From positions 6,758,001 to 6,822,000 of the forward strand of contig NC_090367.1 of NCBI RefSeq assembly GCF_035084215.1: a DNA stretch of 64,000 bases. Reading direction: 5' to 3'. This DNA is from Heptranchias perlo. Lineage: Eukaryota. The position numbers and the translations under genes were made by a program. Below the pieces are notes generated by a model. That model worked only from the letters and a program-made list of their open reading frames with translations, was not told where the DNA came from and did no database searches. Positions 14,001 through 26,136 of this stretch are shown here, piece by piece. The stretch's first letter is position 1. Every line of letters starts with the position of its first letter.

Positions 14001-14790
14001 ACCACTTCCCCTCACTCCTACACCCCCCCCTCAAACCCCACCACATCCCCTCACTCCTACACCCCCCTCAAACCCCACCACTTCCCCTCACTCCTACACC
14101 CCCCCCTCAAACCCCACCACTTCTCCTCAATCCTACACCCCACTCTCAAACCCCACCACATCCCCTCACTCCTACACCCCCCCTCAAACCCCACCACTTC
14201 CCCTCACTCCTACACCCCCCTCTCAAACCCCACCACTTCCCCTCACTCCTACACCCCCCCTCAAACCCCACCACTTCCCCTCACTCCTACACCCCCCCTC
14301 AAACCCCACCACTTCCCCTCACTCCTACACCCCCCTCTCAAACCCCACCACATCCCCTCACTCCTACACCCCCCTCAAACCCCACCACTTCCCCTCACTC
14401 CTACACCCCCCCCTCAAACCCCACCACTTCTCCTCAATCCTACACCCCACTCTCAAACCCCACCACATCCCCTCACTCCTACACCCCCCCTCAAACCCCA
14501 CCACATCCCCTCACTCCTACACCCCCCTCTCAAACCCCACCACATCCCCTCACTCCTACACCCCCCTCAAACCCCACCACTTCCCCTCACTCCTACACCC
14601 CCCTCAAACCCCACCACTTCTCCTCAATCCTACACCCCCCCTCAAACCCCACCACTTCTCTTCAATCCTACACCCCCCTCAAACCCTACCACTTCCCCTC
14701 ACTCCTACACCCCCCTCAAACCCTACCACTTCCCCTCACTCCTACACCCCCCCCCTCAAACCCCACTACTTCCCCTCACTCCTACACCAC
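11066..14790. repeat. 3.7-kb C-rich minisatellite, about 35-bp unit CTCAAACCCCACCACTTC[TC]CCTCA[AC]TCCTACACCCC(n)
   Basis: About 100 head-to-tail units with a variable-length C run; almost no G on the + strand. Confidence 0.97.
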
Positions 14791-15019
14791 CCTCCCAATG
14801 ATACTAAAACCACATGAGCTCACCTCCTCAGTACTTGTACACACATCCTACCCATCTGCAAACTGAGTATCTTCCCGTCAGCCTTTCTCTGCATCTTAGT
14901 CTTGAAAAAAAGGGTGAAACAAGAAATGAATTGCAACGCTAAATTTTTAATAGTAATCAAGGCCAATCACTTACAGTTTCCTTGATGGACATAATATGAA
15001 TATAATCATAACTGTCACA

Positions 15020-15400
15020 CTTGGCTCAAATCAGTAGCATGCTTGCCTTTGTGTCAGTAGATTATCACCGTAGCTCCACTCCAGGACTTAAACATGTAAT
15101 CTAGATGCACACTTCAGCGCAATACTGAAGGGATACGAAGTCGTTGAAGGTGTCCTCTTTCATGTGGATGTAAAAGATCCCATGGCACTATTCAAGGAAC
15201 AACAGGGACCTCTCCTGGTGTCCTGGCCAGCATTCATCCCTCAATTAACACCACTAAAAATAGATTAAATGCTTATTCATCTTACTTGCTGTGCACAAAT
15301 TAGCTGTTGCGCATGCCTATGTGATGGCAATAACTGACCCCAAAAGTAATTAATTGGCTGTAAAGTCTTTAGTGGTGCCCTGAGATAAGTTGTCCCTGAT
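15020..15400 (+). mobile_element. Degenerate Deu-domain tRNA-SINE
   Basis: tggctca..agtagca head; gtggatgtaaaagatcccatggcactatt core. Confidence 0.65.
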
Positions 15401-15952
15401 AAGATATTCTACGTTACATAGCCTAAAACAGCGTAACTTCTGACTCACCATGAGCAAACCGCAGGTGATCTGTCGGTGCGTATGGAAACGTTGACTTTGC
15501 CCACACCTGTGACCAAGTACACCAGCATCACACCTTCTCAATGTCAACATTTCTGTGTCACACGTGCACCTGATTGGCTGAACTTCCACATTCATAAACC
15601 AGCAACAAATCGCAACTGAACAGGCAGGGTATGTACCAAGCAGCAACAAGAATGAAAACCATTGGTCATGAAGCTAAGAAAAACTACGTATCAAAAGTTG
15701 GTGTTCAGCAACGGCTACCAATCAAAGAAAGAGGGCGAACCAATCAAATGGTCCACCAGTTACCATCTTGAATGTTCCCCAGCTGAAAATTTGCCAATCA
15801 AGTTAGAATCCCTGATAAAAATTAACTAATTCTGAATAAAATGCTTATTCTTATTCATGTAATTGCCTACACAATTGCCAGAAAAAAAATATTCTTGTAG
15901 AAGCCCACTCCTGCGTTGGGAGCTTGAGGCTTAATTTGCAATGATAACTATT

Positions 15953-16310
15953 ACATAAGACCATAAGAGATAGGAGCAGAGTAGGCCATTCGGCCCCTCG
16001 AGCCTGCTCCGCCATTTAATGAGATCATGGCTGATCTGATTTTTAGCTCAACTCCACTTTCCCGCCTTTTCCCCATATCCTTTGACTCCCTTGCTGATCA
16101 AAAATTTGTCTAACTCAGCCTTGAATGTATTCAATGACTCAGCCTCCACAGCTTTTTGGGGTAAAGAATTCCAAAGATTCACGACCCTCTGGGAGAAGAA
16201 ATTCCTCCTAATTTCCGCCTTAAATGGGCGACCCCTTATTCTGAGACTAGCCCCCTAGTTTTAGATTCCCCCATGAGGGGTAACATCCTCTCAGCATCTA
16301 CCCTATCGAG
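15953..16310 (-). mobile_element. CR1 LINE 3' fragment
   Basis: cataagaccataagagataggagcagagtaggccattcggcccctcgagcctgctccgcc; closely similar to 7210-7570. Confidence 0.88.
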
Positions 16311-17969
16311 ACCCTATTTTGCAACTATTTTTCGTCTGGCCATGTCCATTTTTAATCCTGCTCTGTGGCCATGCCTACTTTCCCTTCTCTCTTTGCAAAC
16401 ACTTTTCTCACTCTCTGTGTGACCTTGCCCAGTTCTCGTTCTCTCTGTGTGGGTTATTTTGCTGATATCTGTTTGGCTGCAGCCATTTTTCCTGCGGTCT
16501 CTAAAGCTGAGGCCACTTTTGTTACTGCTCAGTGTGATGAGACCACCCTCCCCTATGCTACCAAACCCTAGAACTCCCACTGCTAAGGACACAGTTCCAC
16601 CTTAACGCATTGTGCGTGACATGGTATAACTCGCTTGCCTTTATAAATCAGCATATTATCTGACCTACCATGAGCAACACCATGGGAGATTCACTGGCAA
16701 TTCCTGTAACATTGTCACACTTACTGTCACACATATATCCCTAATCCTATATCTGTCATTCTATTAAATTTAGCTATATTATATACTGACTTCCCAATGA
16801 GTCCTCCCAGTTGTAACTCTACACCAGGTGGTGATGGGTCTACTCACAGTGGGTTATCACCAAATATTCTCCCTGCTGCCTTTCATGATACCCCAACCTC
16901 AACGCAGAGCCCCTGAGTTCGCCTTTTCACCCTTCCCCCTCCATTATGGCCCATTGCTTCTCAGAGCCCCCGAAATGGCCTCTTTCCTCCACCCAACCCC
17001 AACTCAGCGCACCCCAGGTCCACAACCCCACCAGACCTTTTTTTTCCTCTTCCTCGACCACTTGCTCCATGGCATGGCAGAGCACCCAAGGTGGCACTTT
17101 CCCCCTCTCCTGCCTAATCTGAGCTGGCATGGCCCACACACCCTTGGAGGTGGCCTTCCATCCCCCCGCTCTGCGCTGCCTCTTCTCTCTCCACTGCTGA
17201 TGTGCTTCGCCTGGCCTCCCCATCTTGCAACCCAAACTTCATAAGCTTTAATCCACAGCATAGGTAGTTGCTTTTGAAGTGTAGGTCTAAACGTCTTCCT
17301 CACAACTTTGGGAAGCATCTAATACGTAAAGGAAGAAAATAGACAGAGACCTTTTTTTGCACATTTACCAGTAAGCAGTAATCTTACCTATACATACAAG
17401 AGGTTAAGGGTTTTTGATAGGGCTTGGTCCAAGAAGTTAAGAATATAGCTGGGCTTAAAAATACCAGTACAAAATATTTTGTTCCAGAGCTTTAGGATTT
17501 TGCTCCAGTTGAATTAAGTGCACGTACCGTCAGCCCCTCCCAAGAGATGTGAAGGCCACATATTAATTGAGCTCACTCCCCCCGGCACCGTTGGTCCACA
17601 CCCCATCTGAAAATAGCTTCATAGCCTCTTCAGACATGCTGTTTTCTTGGTTTATCTTTCCTGAAGCCTGACAATGCTGCTTCTTGGCCCTTAACTGTTG
17701 GCACCAACTCCTGCCATGCCTGTGCTCCATTGCCAGGTCTGGCCACTCTCGGAACTGGGCCTGCATTCTGGACCTGTCCAATACTCAGGTCGGGGCCTGT
17801 GTCCTGGATTGCTTCCAGCCCTGCAATGCCCCCAACCCCCATTATCCCTCTCAGTACTGCAAGGCCCCTTAAGTGCCCCATTCTCCATCTCCCCCCCTCG
17901 GTGCTCCCAGCCCCTACCTACTTGCTCAGTGCTCCTACAATCATGTTCCCTCTTGAGTGCACTTACCCT

Positions 17970-18800
17970 TATGAAGCAGTCCGTGCCCACATGCAGCAAG
18001 ACCTGGACAACATCCAGGCTTGGGCTGATAAGTGGCAAGTAACATTCGCGCCAGACAAGTGCCAGGCAATGACCATCTCCAACAAGAGAGAGTCTAACCA
18101 CCTCTCCTTGACATTCAACGGCATTACCATCACCGAATCCTCCACCATCAACATCCTGGGGGTCACCATTGACAGAAACTCAACTGGACCAGCCACATAA
18201 ATACTGTGGCTACAAGAGCAGGTCAGAGGCTGGGTATTCTGTGGCGAGTGACTCACCTCCTGATTCCCCAAAGCCTTTCGCCATCTACAAGGCACAAATC
18301 GGGAGTGTGATGGAATACTGTCCACTTGCCTGGATGAGTGCAGCTCCATCAACACTCAAGAAGCTCAACACCATCCAGGACAAAGCAGCCCTCTTGATTG
18401 GCACCCCATCCACCACCCTAAACATTCACTCCCTTCACCACCGGCGCACCATGGCTGCAGTGTGTACCATCCACAGGATGCACTGCAGCAACTCGCCAAG
18501 GCTTCTACGACAGCTCCTCCCAAACACACGACCTCTACCACCTAGAAGGACAAGGGCAGCAGGCACATGGGAACAACACCACCTGCACGTTCCCCTCCAA
18601 GTCGCACACCATCCCGACTTGGAAATATATCGGCCGTTCCTTCATCGTCGCTGGGTCAAAATCCTGGAACCTTCACCACACGGACTGCAGTGGTTCAAGA
18701 AGGCGGCTCACCACCACCTTCTCAAGGGCAATTAGGGATGGGCAATAAATGCTGGTCTTGCCAGCGATGCCCACATCCCATGAACGAATATAATAAAAAA
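17970..18800 (+). mobile_element. 5'-truncated CR1/L2-superfamily LINE with intact 3' end
   Basis: MQQDLDNIQAWADKWQVTFAPDKCQ..ILGVTID..IYKAQI.SVMEYCP; ends gggcaataaatgctgg..cccacatcccatgaacgaat followed by an A-rich tail. Confidence 0.9.
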
Positions 18801-19739
18801 CCCTCCCCCACCCTGTACTATATCCCAGACCATCCTCCCTCTCCCATGCCCTAGTTCCCCCCCCCCACCCCGATCCAGCTCGCTCTCTAGTGTACTCCCA
18901 TTACCCAGCCTCGACATGAGTAGCTGGAGCCCAACCTTGCCAAAAACTACGTCAAGACCGCAATCCCACCAAGTGTTCCTAGACCCCAATGGTCCCATAT
19001 TCCGTCTCCATCGGTTGCTTCTAGGTCCTGCCTTTCTCCACTTCCTCCCAGATCCTGCCCTCCTTTTACTATCCCTCCCATGCCCCCGCTCCAACATCTC
19101 GCTGCTTCCTGTGTGCAGCCAGCAGTCCCTCTTGACCTGACCCTCAGCCCCGTCGTCCCTCTGAACTACCGCTGCAGCACCTGTCCAACAACCTGTTCTC
19201 ATCCCACCTCCACCTCAGGACAGGTTGCCCCTTCCCAGCTTCCTGCCTAGCCTAGGCCTTGAGAAAGGTGACACACTGATATTGGGGGTGATGTTTTACT
19301 TTTGCGCTTCACCTGCTGCAAACACATACGAGAAATTCACACACTGTAGGCACCCAAATTTCCAATATTCGTTCTGGCAGGCGAGGTTTCTCACTGGAAG
19401 CATGAAGTGGTAAAAAGGCCACGACTGAGTGCATCGGCGAAGGGACATGTGTGGAAGCCACACAGAGACACTGAAGAGAGGGGAGCCAGAGGGAGACTTG
19501 CAAGAAGTGTAACATTGATACAGTGAGAGGAAGAGTTGGATGAGTGTTCCAGACACCACAGTGAAACAGGTGTGTGACAGCCATACAGAGAGAGGAAGGG
19601 TGGAAGGCACCGACAAAAGTGAGCGGATCAAAAATAATTCAAGAGTGGGAAAGAGGCAGAGACACATTTACAGTGAACCTGCCATGGGAGAACAACGATA
19701 TTACAATACATTGGGTGTTACATGGGGGTGGTGGGGAGA

Positions 19740-19884
19740 TGGGGGTAGCTTTCAACTTCGCTGTTATAGATCTCACCTGATTTTTCTTTCTACAATGGAA
19801 AGGGAAATCAGACGGGGTGTATAACGGGCAGCTGACCCAATACTGCCAGTTTTCCACTTCTGCCAAAGTTGAAAGTTACCCCCA
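19740..19884. mobile_element. Palindromic MITE-like element
   Basis: Terminal inverted repeats tgggggtagctttcaactt / aagttgaaagttaccccca with 1 mismatch. Confidence 0.65.
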
Positions 19885-20654
19885 GGGTACGAGGCTGTGC
19901 CGTTGTAAAATAGTGTATCCCCCGACTTATTGTGAGCAATGCCAAGCGAGATCCACTGTTATAAAAGGGGATGTACACCCTGAGGTGACAATCATTACTG
20001 AAGTTAGAATTTCAGCAGCATTCACTTTACGGTACTATAAGAGCAGGCTAATGACTTAGTTTCTCTTTCCTTTGTTAATTTAAAGTTTTGCTTACCACAG
20101 ATTGGCAGTTTTTATATATGCACTGCAGTGACTAGATGGGTGGTATTGCAAGTCGTGTACCCACAGTGACCTTCACTAGTTGTGCTAGTCAGTGCAGCTA
20201 GATTGACATTATGCTTCCATTCCTGTGCCCACAGTATAGTGTAGTGAGTAGTTTAGACAGATAGGATGACACATTTGCCAGCCTTGTGTCCATGAAGAAT
20301 TGCAGTAATTATAGGCTGAAATGGCATTGCGATATTGCACCCCATATAACACTGGAGTATCCAGGACAACCTTCAGGGCATTGAACCAATTCCATTACCT
20401 AGACAGGTAGCATGCATTTGATAGTTTAGATGATAAGAACTGGTCAACGATTACTGATCAGTGATAATAACCAGCCTTCAAACCATCAGATCCTGTCTTT
20501 TACTCTCCTCTGTTGCTACTAGTACATAAACAAGATTCAACAAGGGTGAAAGCAGACATGAAAATGGAGACCTGCCCAGGTACCTGTGTATGTCGCTGTG
20601 GCAATTGGTAATAGATTGTATCCCATCTTTTGCTCCCCATATGCTTCTGGGCAG

Positions 20655-20816
20655 GTTACAATTTCAGTGGACGGAATTCTGACTACAACGGGTTACACAC
20701 AGGAGGACTACACCATGCTGGGCTCCGATGATTTTTTCTACATTGGCGGGAGCCCCAGCACAGCTGATCTCCCAGGCTCACCTGTGAGCAACAACTTCAT
20801 GGGATGCTTGAAGGAC
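20655..20816 (+). CDS. NRXN2: Neurexin-2-alpha exon, C-terminal part of LNS2 (follows splice site SS2)
   Basis: gcag|GTT ACA ATT ... AAG GAC|gtgagt; 162 nt, phase 0-0; [54 protein letters not shown] is the conserved alpha-neurexin sequence. Confidence 0.96.
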
Positions 20817-21840
20817 GTGAGTATTATGAGAGTGAATACGGAACCAATGGACAACTCTAAGGACTGATTTCCTGCCCGATGGAAGATTCATTGGGGCTAA
20901 TTCACAAATCGGGCACCAATTCAGTGAACAAATGCTCTATCGAAAGGAAATAGATATAGCTGGGATAGGAGTTGGGGTTCTACAATTAGGCTCAACACCC
21001 CAAGGCAAATGAAGGGATAATGCAACCAAGGTTCCCACTCATTATGATCTGGTGACTTTTGCTAGGACATGCATATGTGTCAACACCAGGCAGGAGTAGG
21101 ATCTGGCTCTCATTGATGTGCCTCACAGTTGCCGGCTCAATTATTAAACGCCATTTGAGTGAAGTGCAGGAAAGCTGTCAGCATCTTCCCAGAGAAGGGA
21201 GGGGAGAAAAGTGAAACGGAAACACATCTCTCCCTCCCCACTCACCCCCTACTCTCGGGGGCACTGGCTTTAGTTCCCAGTTGAGTTCTTGCAGAGTGAG
21301 GCTGCAGTTCTCGGAGACCAGTCAGCAGATGGTGTGACGCCACAGTCACAATCTGAGCCAAACTTCCACATCTTACGAGCACCATCATCAGTTTTCAGGA
21401 AATAAGATGGCAGCTCCAACCCCAGTCCACTCCACCTCATCTCGCTTAATAAACTGTTTTCAGGGACCCAAAGGAACGTGGATAGATTGATGATAAATAT
21501 TAAATGGAGCACTATTGGATTTAGGGTGGGTCCTGGTCACCATAGCTCTGGTTAAATCTATTGGTTTTTTTTGCCAATAGATGCCCCCTTAACTCTGTCA
21601 AGAGGATGAATTCCAATGCTAACTTGTTACTTGCTAACAAGGTTTCCACAGGCAGATGCTGGTTCAGTAAGTGCCAACAATCTCTTAGATATTCATTTAA
21701 TAACCAATAGAGGTTATTGAATCCCAGTTTGGTAACTGTTGGAGATATTTCAGACATCTATCTGGTAATTGCCAAAGGTCCACCAGATATGAGTTTGATT
21801 TCTGCAAGGTGTTATTGGATGTAATACTGATAACCACAGT

Positions 21841-22210
21841 TCCCTTGTTGGCCTAGCAGATAAAGGCACCCATTTAGTGTGGCTCTAATCCAGGAGGGTC
21901 CTTTCTTCGATTGCCAGTCTCTGCTGAGATAGCTGGGCTGGCATTACAGGGGCACCCATGACCTAAGGAGAGGCAAAAAAAAATCAGCTGGAGTTCAAAC
22001 TCCTGATCACGATACAGTGACTCCTGTTATAAAGTGTGCATCGCACATTGGCTGAGGACAGTATCAGGTTCAGTTGTGATGGACGAATAGCCGACCAACT
22101 TTTCTAGGCTCACATGTGAAGACTGGCATCTTGGGTCAGGTACCGCCGGTAACCGTGGTAACCGTACCCAAGTGCAAGTCAGCGGGCTCAGGAGAGGGGT
22201 GAGAAAATGG
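21841..22210 (+). mobile_element. About 370-bp tRNA-SINE-like repeat (representative copy of a family with at least 11 copies here)
   Basis: Shared blocks gctgagttagctgatctc, ctcctgatc..ccagtgac, gaggacaggatc..ctgtgatg, ttcaggagagg; other copies near 20955, 24950, 27740, 29550+30165, 36240, 40750, 45100, 46960, 61310 and 62805. Confidence 0.7.
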
Positions 22211-22276
22211 GAACGAAAATAAAATAACGGCTGTCGGTGTTCTCTCAGGTTATTTGATTTTCCTCCTTTTCAACAG

Positions 22277-22742
22277 GTCGTTTATAAAAACAATGATTTC
22301 AAACTAGAACTCTCCCGTCTTGCGAAAGAAGGTGACTCCAAAATGAAAGTATATGGAGACCTGGTGTTCAGGTGTGAAAACGTGGCCGCCTTAGATCCGG
22401 TCACTTTTGAGGCCCCAGAGGCCTACATCTCCCTCCCTAAGTGGAATACAAAAAAGACGGGCTCCATCTCCTTTGACTTCTGCACCACGGAACCCAATGG
22501 CCTGCTTCTCTTCAGCCATGGTAAGCCTCAGCACCACAAGGAGGGTCGGATGCCTCAGCATCAAAAGGAGACTCGAATCGAACGGGTTCAGAAGGTGGAC
22601 TACTTTGCAATGGAGCTCCTCGACGGCTTCCTATTCCTGCTTCTTGACATGGGATCTGGCGCCATTAAGATCAGAGCCACCAATAAGAAGGTGAACGATG
22701 GAGAGTGGTGTCACGTCGACTTTCAACGAGACGGACGCTCAG
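22277..22742 (+). CDS. NRXN2: Neurexin-2-alpha exon, LNS2 end and LNS3 first half
   Basis: caacag|GTC GTT TAT ... CGC TCA G|gtataa; 466 nt, phase 0-1; [40 protein letters not shown] and [12 protein letters not shown] are NRXN2-type motifs. Confidence 0.96.
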
Positions 22743-24063
22743 GTATAAAGATTCATTTTGGGGATTGTACAAAATAGGCCAAACCTCTTATGCAGGGTCT
22801 TGGCAGCCATGGCCTGAGGAGAAGCAGACTCCAAGTTACAGAGGAGGCAAGACAGATGATGATAAATACTCGAAATGAAAGAGAGATAAAGCCGGCTGTG
22901 CTCAGTGCAGCCCAACTTTGCAAAGGGGGCCTCAAACAGTCGTCAGGCCCCCTATTTGCATATTCGAAGGGCCTAACACTTGTTTCAGGCGAGAACCCAG
23001 GACGCCTCTTTTTCTGCCTTTACCAATATGGTGGGCAGCGCACGTCCAACACATAATGAGTGCATGTGCCCCGCCTGCCATATTGGATGCTTAGGCACCC
23101 GTTTTGCGCCTGAAAGAAGGACACGGCACCATCGCATTTCTTGGCCATTGTTAGGACAGAGTAGGGGGAGCTTTACTCTGCTTCTGCTTTGCGCTACCTC
23201 CGATTTGGGAGCCCTGATACTTATCACCTGAAATGCAGAGTGTTCCATTCCCCCAGCACAAGCATCTCGCACAGTGATGAACATAACATTCACATGAAAA
23301 AAAAAATAATTTAATTCAAGGGGAAAACAATTAAGCAATTTTGAAGCAAAGCATGTTGGAGAATTACAAGCAATAAGTTTAGTTCTTAATATTGTTTAAA
23401 ATCAAGCTTAACATAGCATATTTAAGGAAAATGATTGTAATTAATTTAAAGAAGTTTAATTTCCTGATGAAAATATGAGAGTAACGATGAGGCTGATTAC
23501 AATGAGAAAGATGACAGTCTAGAGCATATTACACACGAGTTGAAAGGAAAATTATTGGGGTTGCTACTGTCTGAAAAAGTAGCTAGTGATGGAATTAAAA
23601 GAGAGGGACTAAGAATGTGGCTAGGTTACGTGATAGAATGGATTGGTATAAAATCAGGGGCTGGTAACAGTCTACCTATACAAAGACTCAAGAGTGTGGA
23701 GTGCCCTGGTCAGGAACCTCAAGAATAGAGAAGGCGCAGAGGGAGTGTTGTGCTGTGTTATTAGGATACTGGTCAGTGTGATCTCAAATCAGATGAAGCA
23801 AGTCAGTGGTATCCTGAATTAGAGGAATCATGTCAGTGCACCTCCTGGATTAGAAGGATTGTCAGTCAGTCTGATCCCTGTGTTAGTGGAACTATCAATC
23901 AATGTAGAAGTTCTTGAATGTGAGGATTCTAAACAGTTTCTGCTGTCATATCTAATAACTAGGACAGGTGATTATTATCACTCAGATCTGCTGAGAAACT
24001 GGCATTTTCATTGCCACTAGGAGAACACTGTGACTCTCATGCAGCAAAACACATTGAACGCAA

Positions 24064-24243
24064 TGGGGATAATTTTGACCTTGTGCGACAGTGTAAAATG
24101 GGCGATAATGATTCAGCTGCCTGCTGTACATCTCTCCCGATTCTCACTTCCATTGACTTCAATAGAAATGAAAATCGGGCGGATAACGGACTGAATCGCT
24201 ATCACCCGTGTAATATTATCGGCCAAAGTCAAAATTACCCCCA
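24064..24243. mobile_element. Palindromic MITE-like element (180 bp)
   Basis: tggggataattttgac / gtcaaaattaccccca termini; inner arms ccgattctcacttccattga / tcaatagaaatgaaaatcgg. Confidence 0.7.
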
Positions 24244-24494
24244 CTAAGTGTAGAAGTTTGCAGGATGTTATGCTACTGATGCTGCCCTACTAATAGTGAA
24301 AGCCCCCTACTATTTGAGCAGGTAATTTGTTTATTGGGGATCCTGTACTCCATGGTATCCTGCTGCCAGCTCACACTGGGTTGTCGTTTGATAATTAGCA
24401 ACAATCCCATGTTGCCCTGTGACCATCTGAGTGATGGTGTCAGTATAATTGTATCTGATGGCTTCAGTATGTTTTCACGTTCTCCCGTCCGCAG

Positions 24495-24878
24495 GTTCGA
24501 TATCAGTGAACAGCCGGCACTTTCCCTTTGTCGCCAATGGCGAGAGTGAGATCCTGGATCTGGACAGTGACATGTACCTGGGTGGGCTTCCCGAGAACAA
24601 GGTCAACCTCCTCCTCCCACCAGAGCTGTGGACGGCCTTCCTCAACTACGGCTACGTGGGCTGCGTGCGGGATCTCTTCATTGACGGGCAGAGCAGGGAT
24701 GTGCGTCGCTTGGCTGAAGTCCAGAACATAGGTGGGGTCAGTGGCTTCTGTTCCCGGGAGACCTTGAAACAATGCAGCATGAACCCGTGTCGGAATGGTG
24801 GCCACTGCCGAGAGGGCTGGAACCGATATATATGTGACTGTACTGGCACCGGATACTTTGGGAAGAATTGTGAGACAG
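24495..24878 (+). CDS. NRXN2: Neurexin-2-alpha exon, LNS3 second half and EGF2
   Basis: ccgcag|GT TCG ATA ... GAG ACA G|gtaggt; 384 nt, phase 1-1; [46 protein letters not shown]. Confidence 0.96.
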
Positions 24879-25529
24879 GTAGGTGATTTAGTCCAGTTAT
24901 AGTTGAGATCTCAGAACTGTTAGAAGAGCAAAAGGGAAAAAAGAAAGCTTGGTGATTCAGGGAGTAAGAGCTCCACCCAGTGTACTACTGAGCCATGCAG
25001 TCGAGAGGTCCCAGGTTTGATTCCCAGTCTGTTTGCTGTTCTCAGCTGGCCTGTAGCAAGGAGCTTCAGTTTGCATCATTGAAGTTTGCCCCTAATTAAG
25101 GAGTCTGGGATCCCACTCCTGACCATGGTGGAAAGTGCAGAGTTGAACTTAGGCTGTGAAGCTCCCCACAGCCAAGTAGCCTGACCACCCTTTCTGTGAC
25201 CAATGGGCACATGAGCAAGATACCTGAGGACTGCAGTTGATGATGGGTCCATACCCCAACACCTGTCAGCAATGGAGCAAGGGAGAGAATTGCGGGGAAA
25301 TTATAGAATAGCTAAAGATGATGGTGATGTAGCATTGACTATTGCTTGCTTGTTACATATTTGTGAAGGACTTGATGGAAGTGCTTGCTGGGTAAAGGGG
25401 AGCAAGCCTCACCAAGTCTTACAAGATCATAAAGACAAATGAATCCATTTTCGGGATTATCCATCCAGAAACATCTCAGTCCATTTTAGGAATTATCCAA
25501 CAACAACAACTTGAAATATCCTAAAGTCC

Positions 25530-26130
25530 TCCCATTACAGCATCCAATTGTTTCTTAAATGATTGCAGGGTTTTCGCCTCGACTAATCTATCTGGATGTC
25601 CATTCCATGCGTTGATTACTCTTTGTTTTAAGAACTTCCGAGTATCAGTCCTAAGTCTGCCTTTTACTAGTTTGAACCTCTGTTGCCTTGTCCTACTCTT
25701 GTAATTTACCGAAAAGTAATTTTCTGGATTTAATTTGCTCATGCCGTTAACTATCTTATATACTGATACAAAATCACCTCTTAGACATCTCCTTCCAGGT
25801 TGAAAAAAACTCAAGTTTCGACTCAAGTCTCAAGTCTTTTGTCATAACTCAGCCATCTCACACATGGTTCTTTGACGCATGGCCTCCAATGCTCGAATGT
25901 CTCTGTTATGTCTTACTGGAAACAATACTTAAAGCGTGGCCTGACCAAACCTGTATACAGTTTGATCACGACTTCCTCTGACTTGTATTCGACTGTTTTA
26001 GCTATGTGGTTCAACATCCTATTGATTTGATTGATTGTTGCTCTGCGATGCTTCAATTTGTTGAGCCTACTAAGATTCCTAGGACTCTTCCAATGTAATC
26101 CGTAGCTATTTCAACACCATTCATTGAGTA
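25530..26130 (-). mobile_element. Degenerate CR1 ORF2 C-terminal fragment
   Basis: RRCLRGD..VYKIV..RTRQ..KL..RVINAWN..FKKQLD motif. Confidence 0.75.
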
Positions 26131-26136
26131 CATGAC

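Noticed and set aside
10910-14866. 1318-aa Pro/His/Thr-rich extensin- or mucin-like ORF
   Set aside because: It is the translation of a nearly G-free minisatellite that cannot form stop codons on the + strand; C-run length changes cycle the frame, it starts at TTG, and it lies in a neurexin intron
1-20654. Neurexin SS2 exon (H[SA]GIGHAM/VNKLH) and earlier exons
   Set aside because: No matching sequence found by eye; they probably lie upstream of the window
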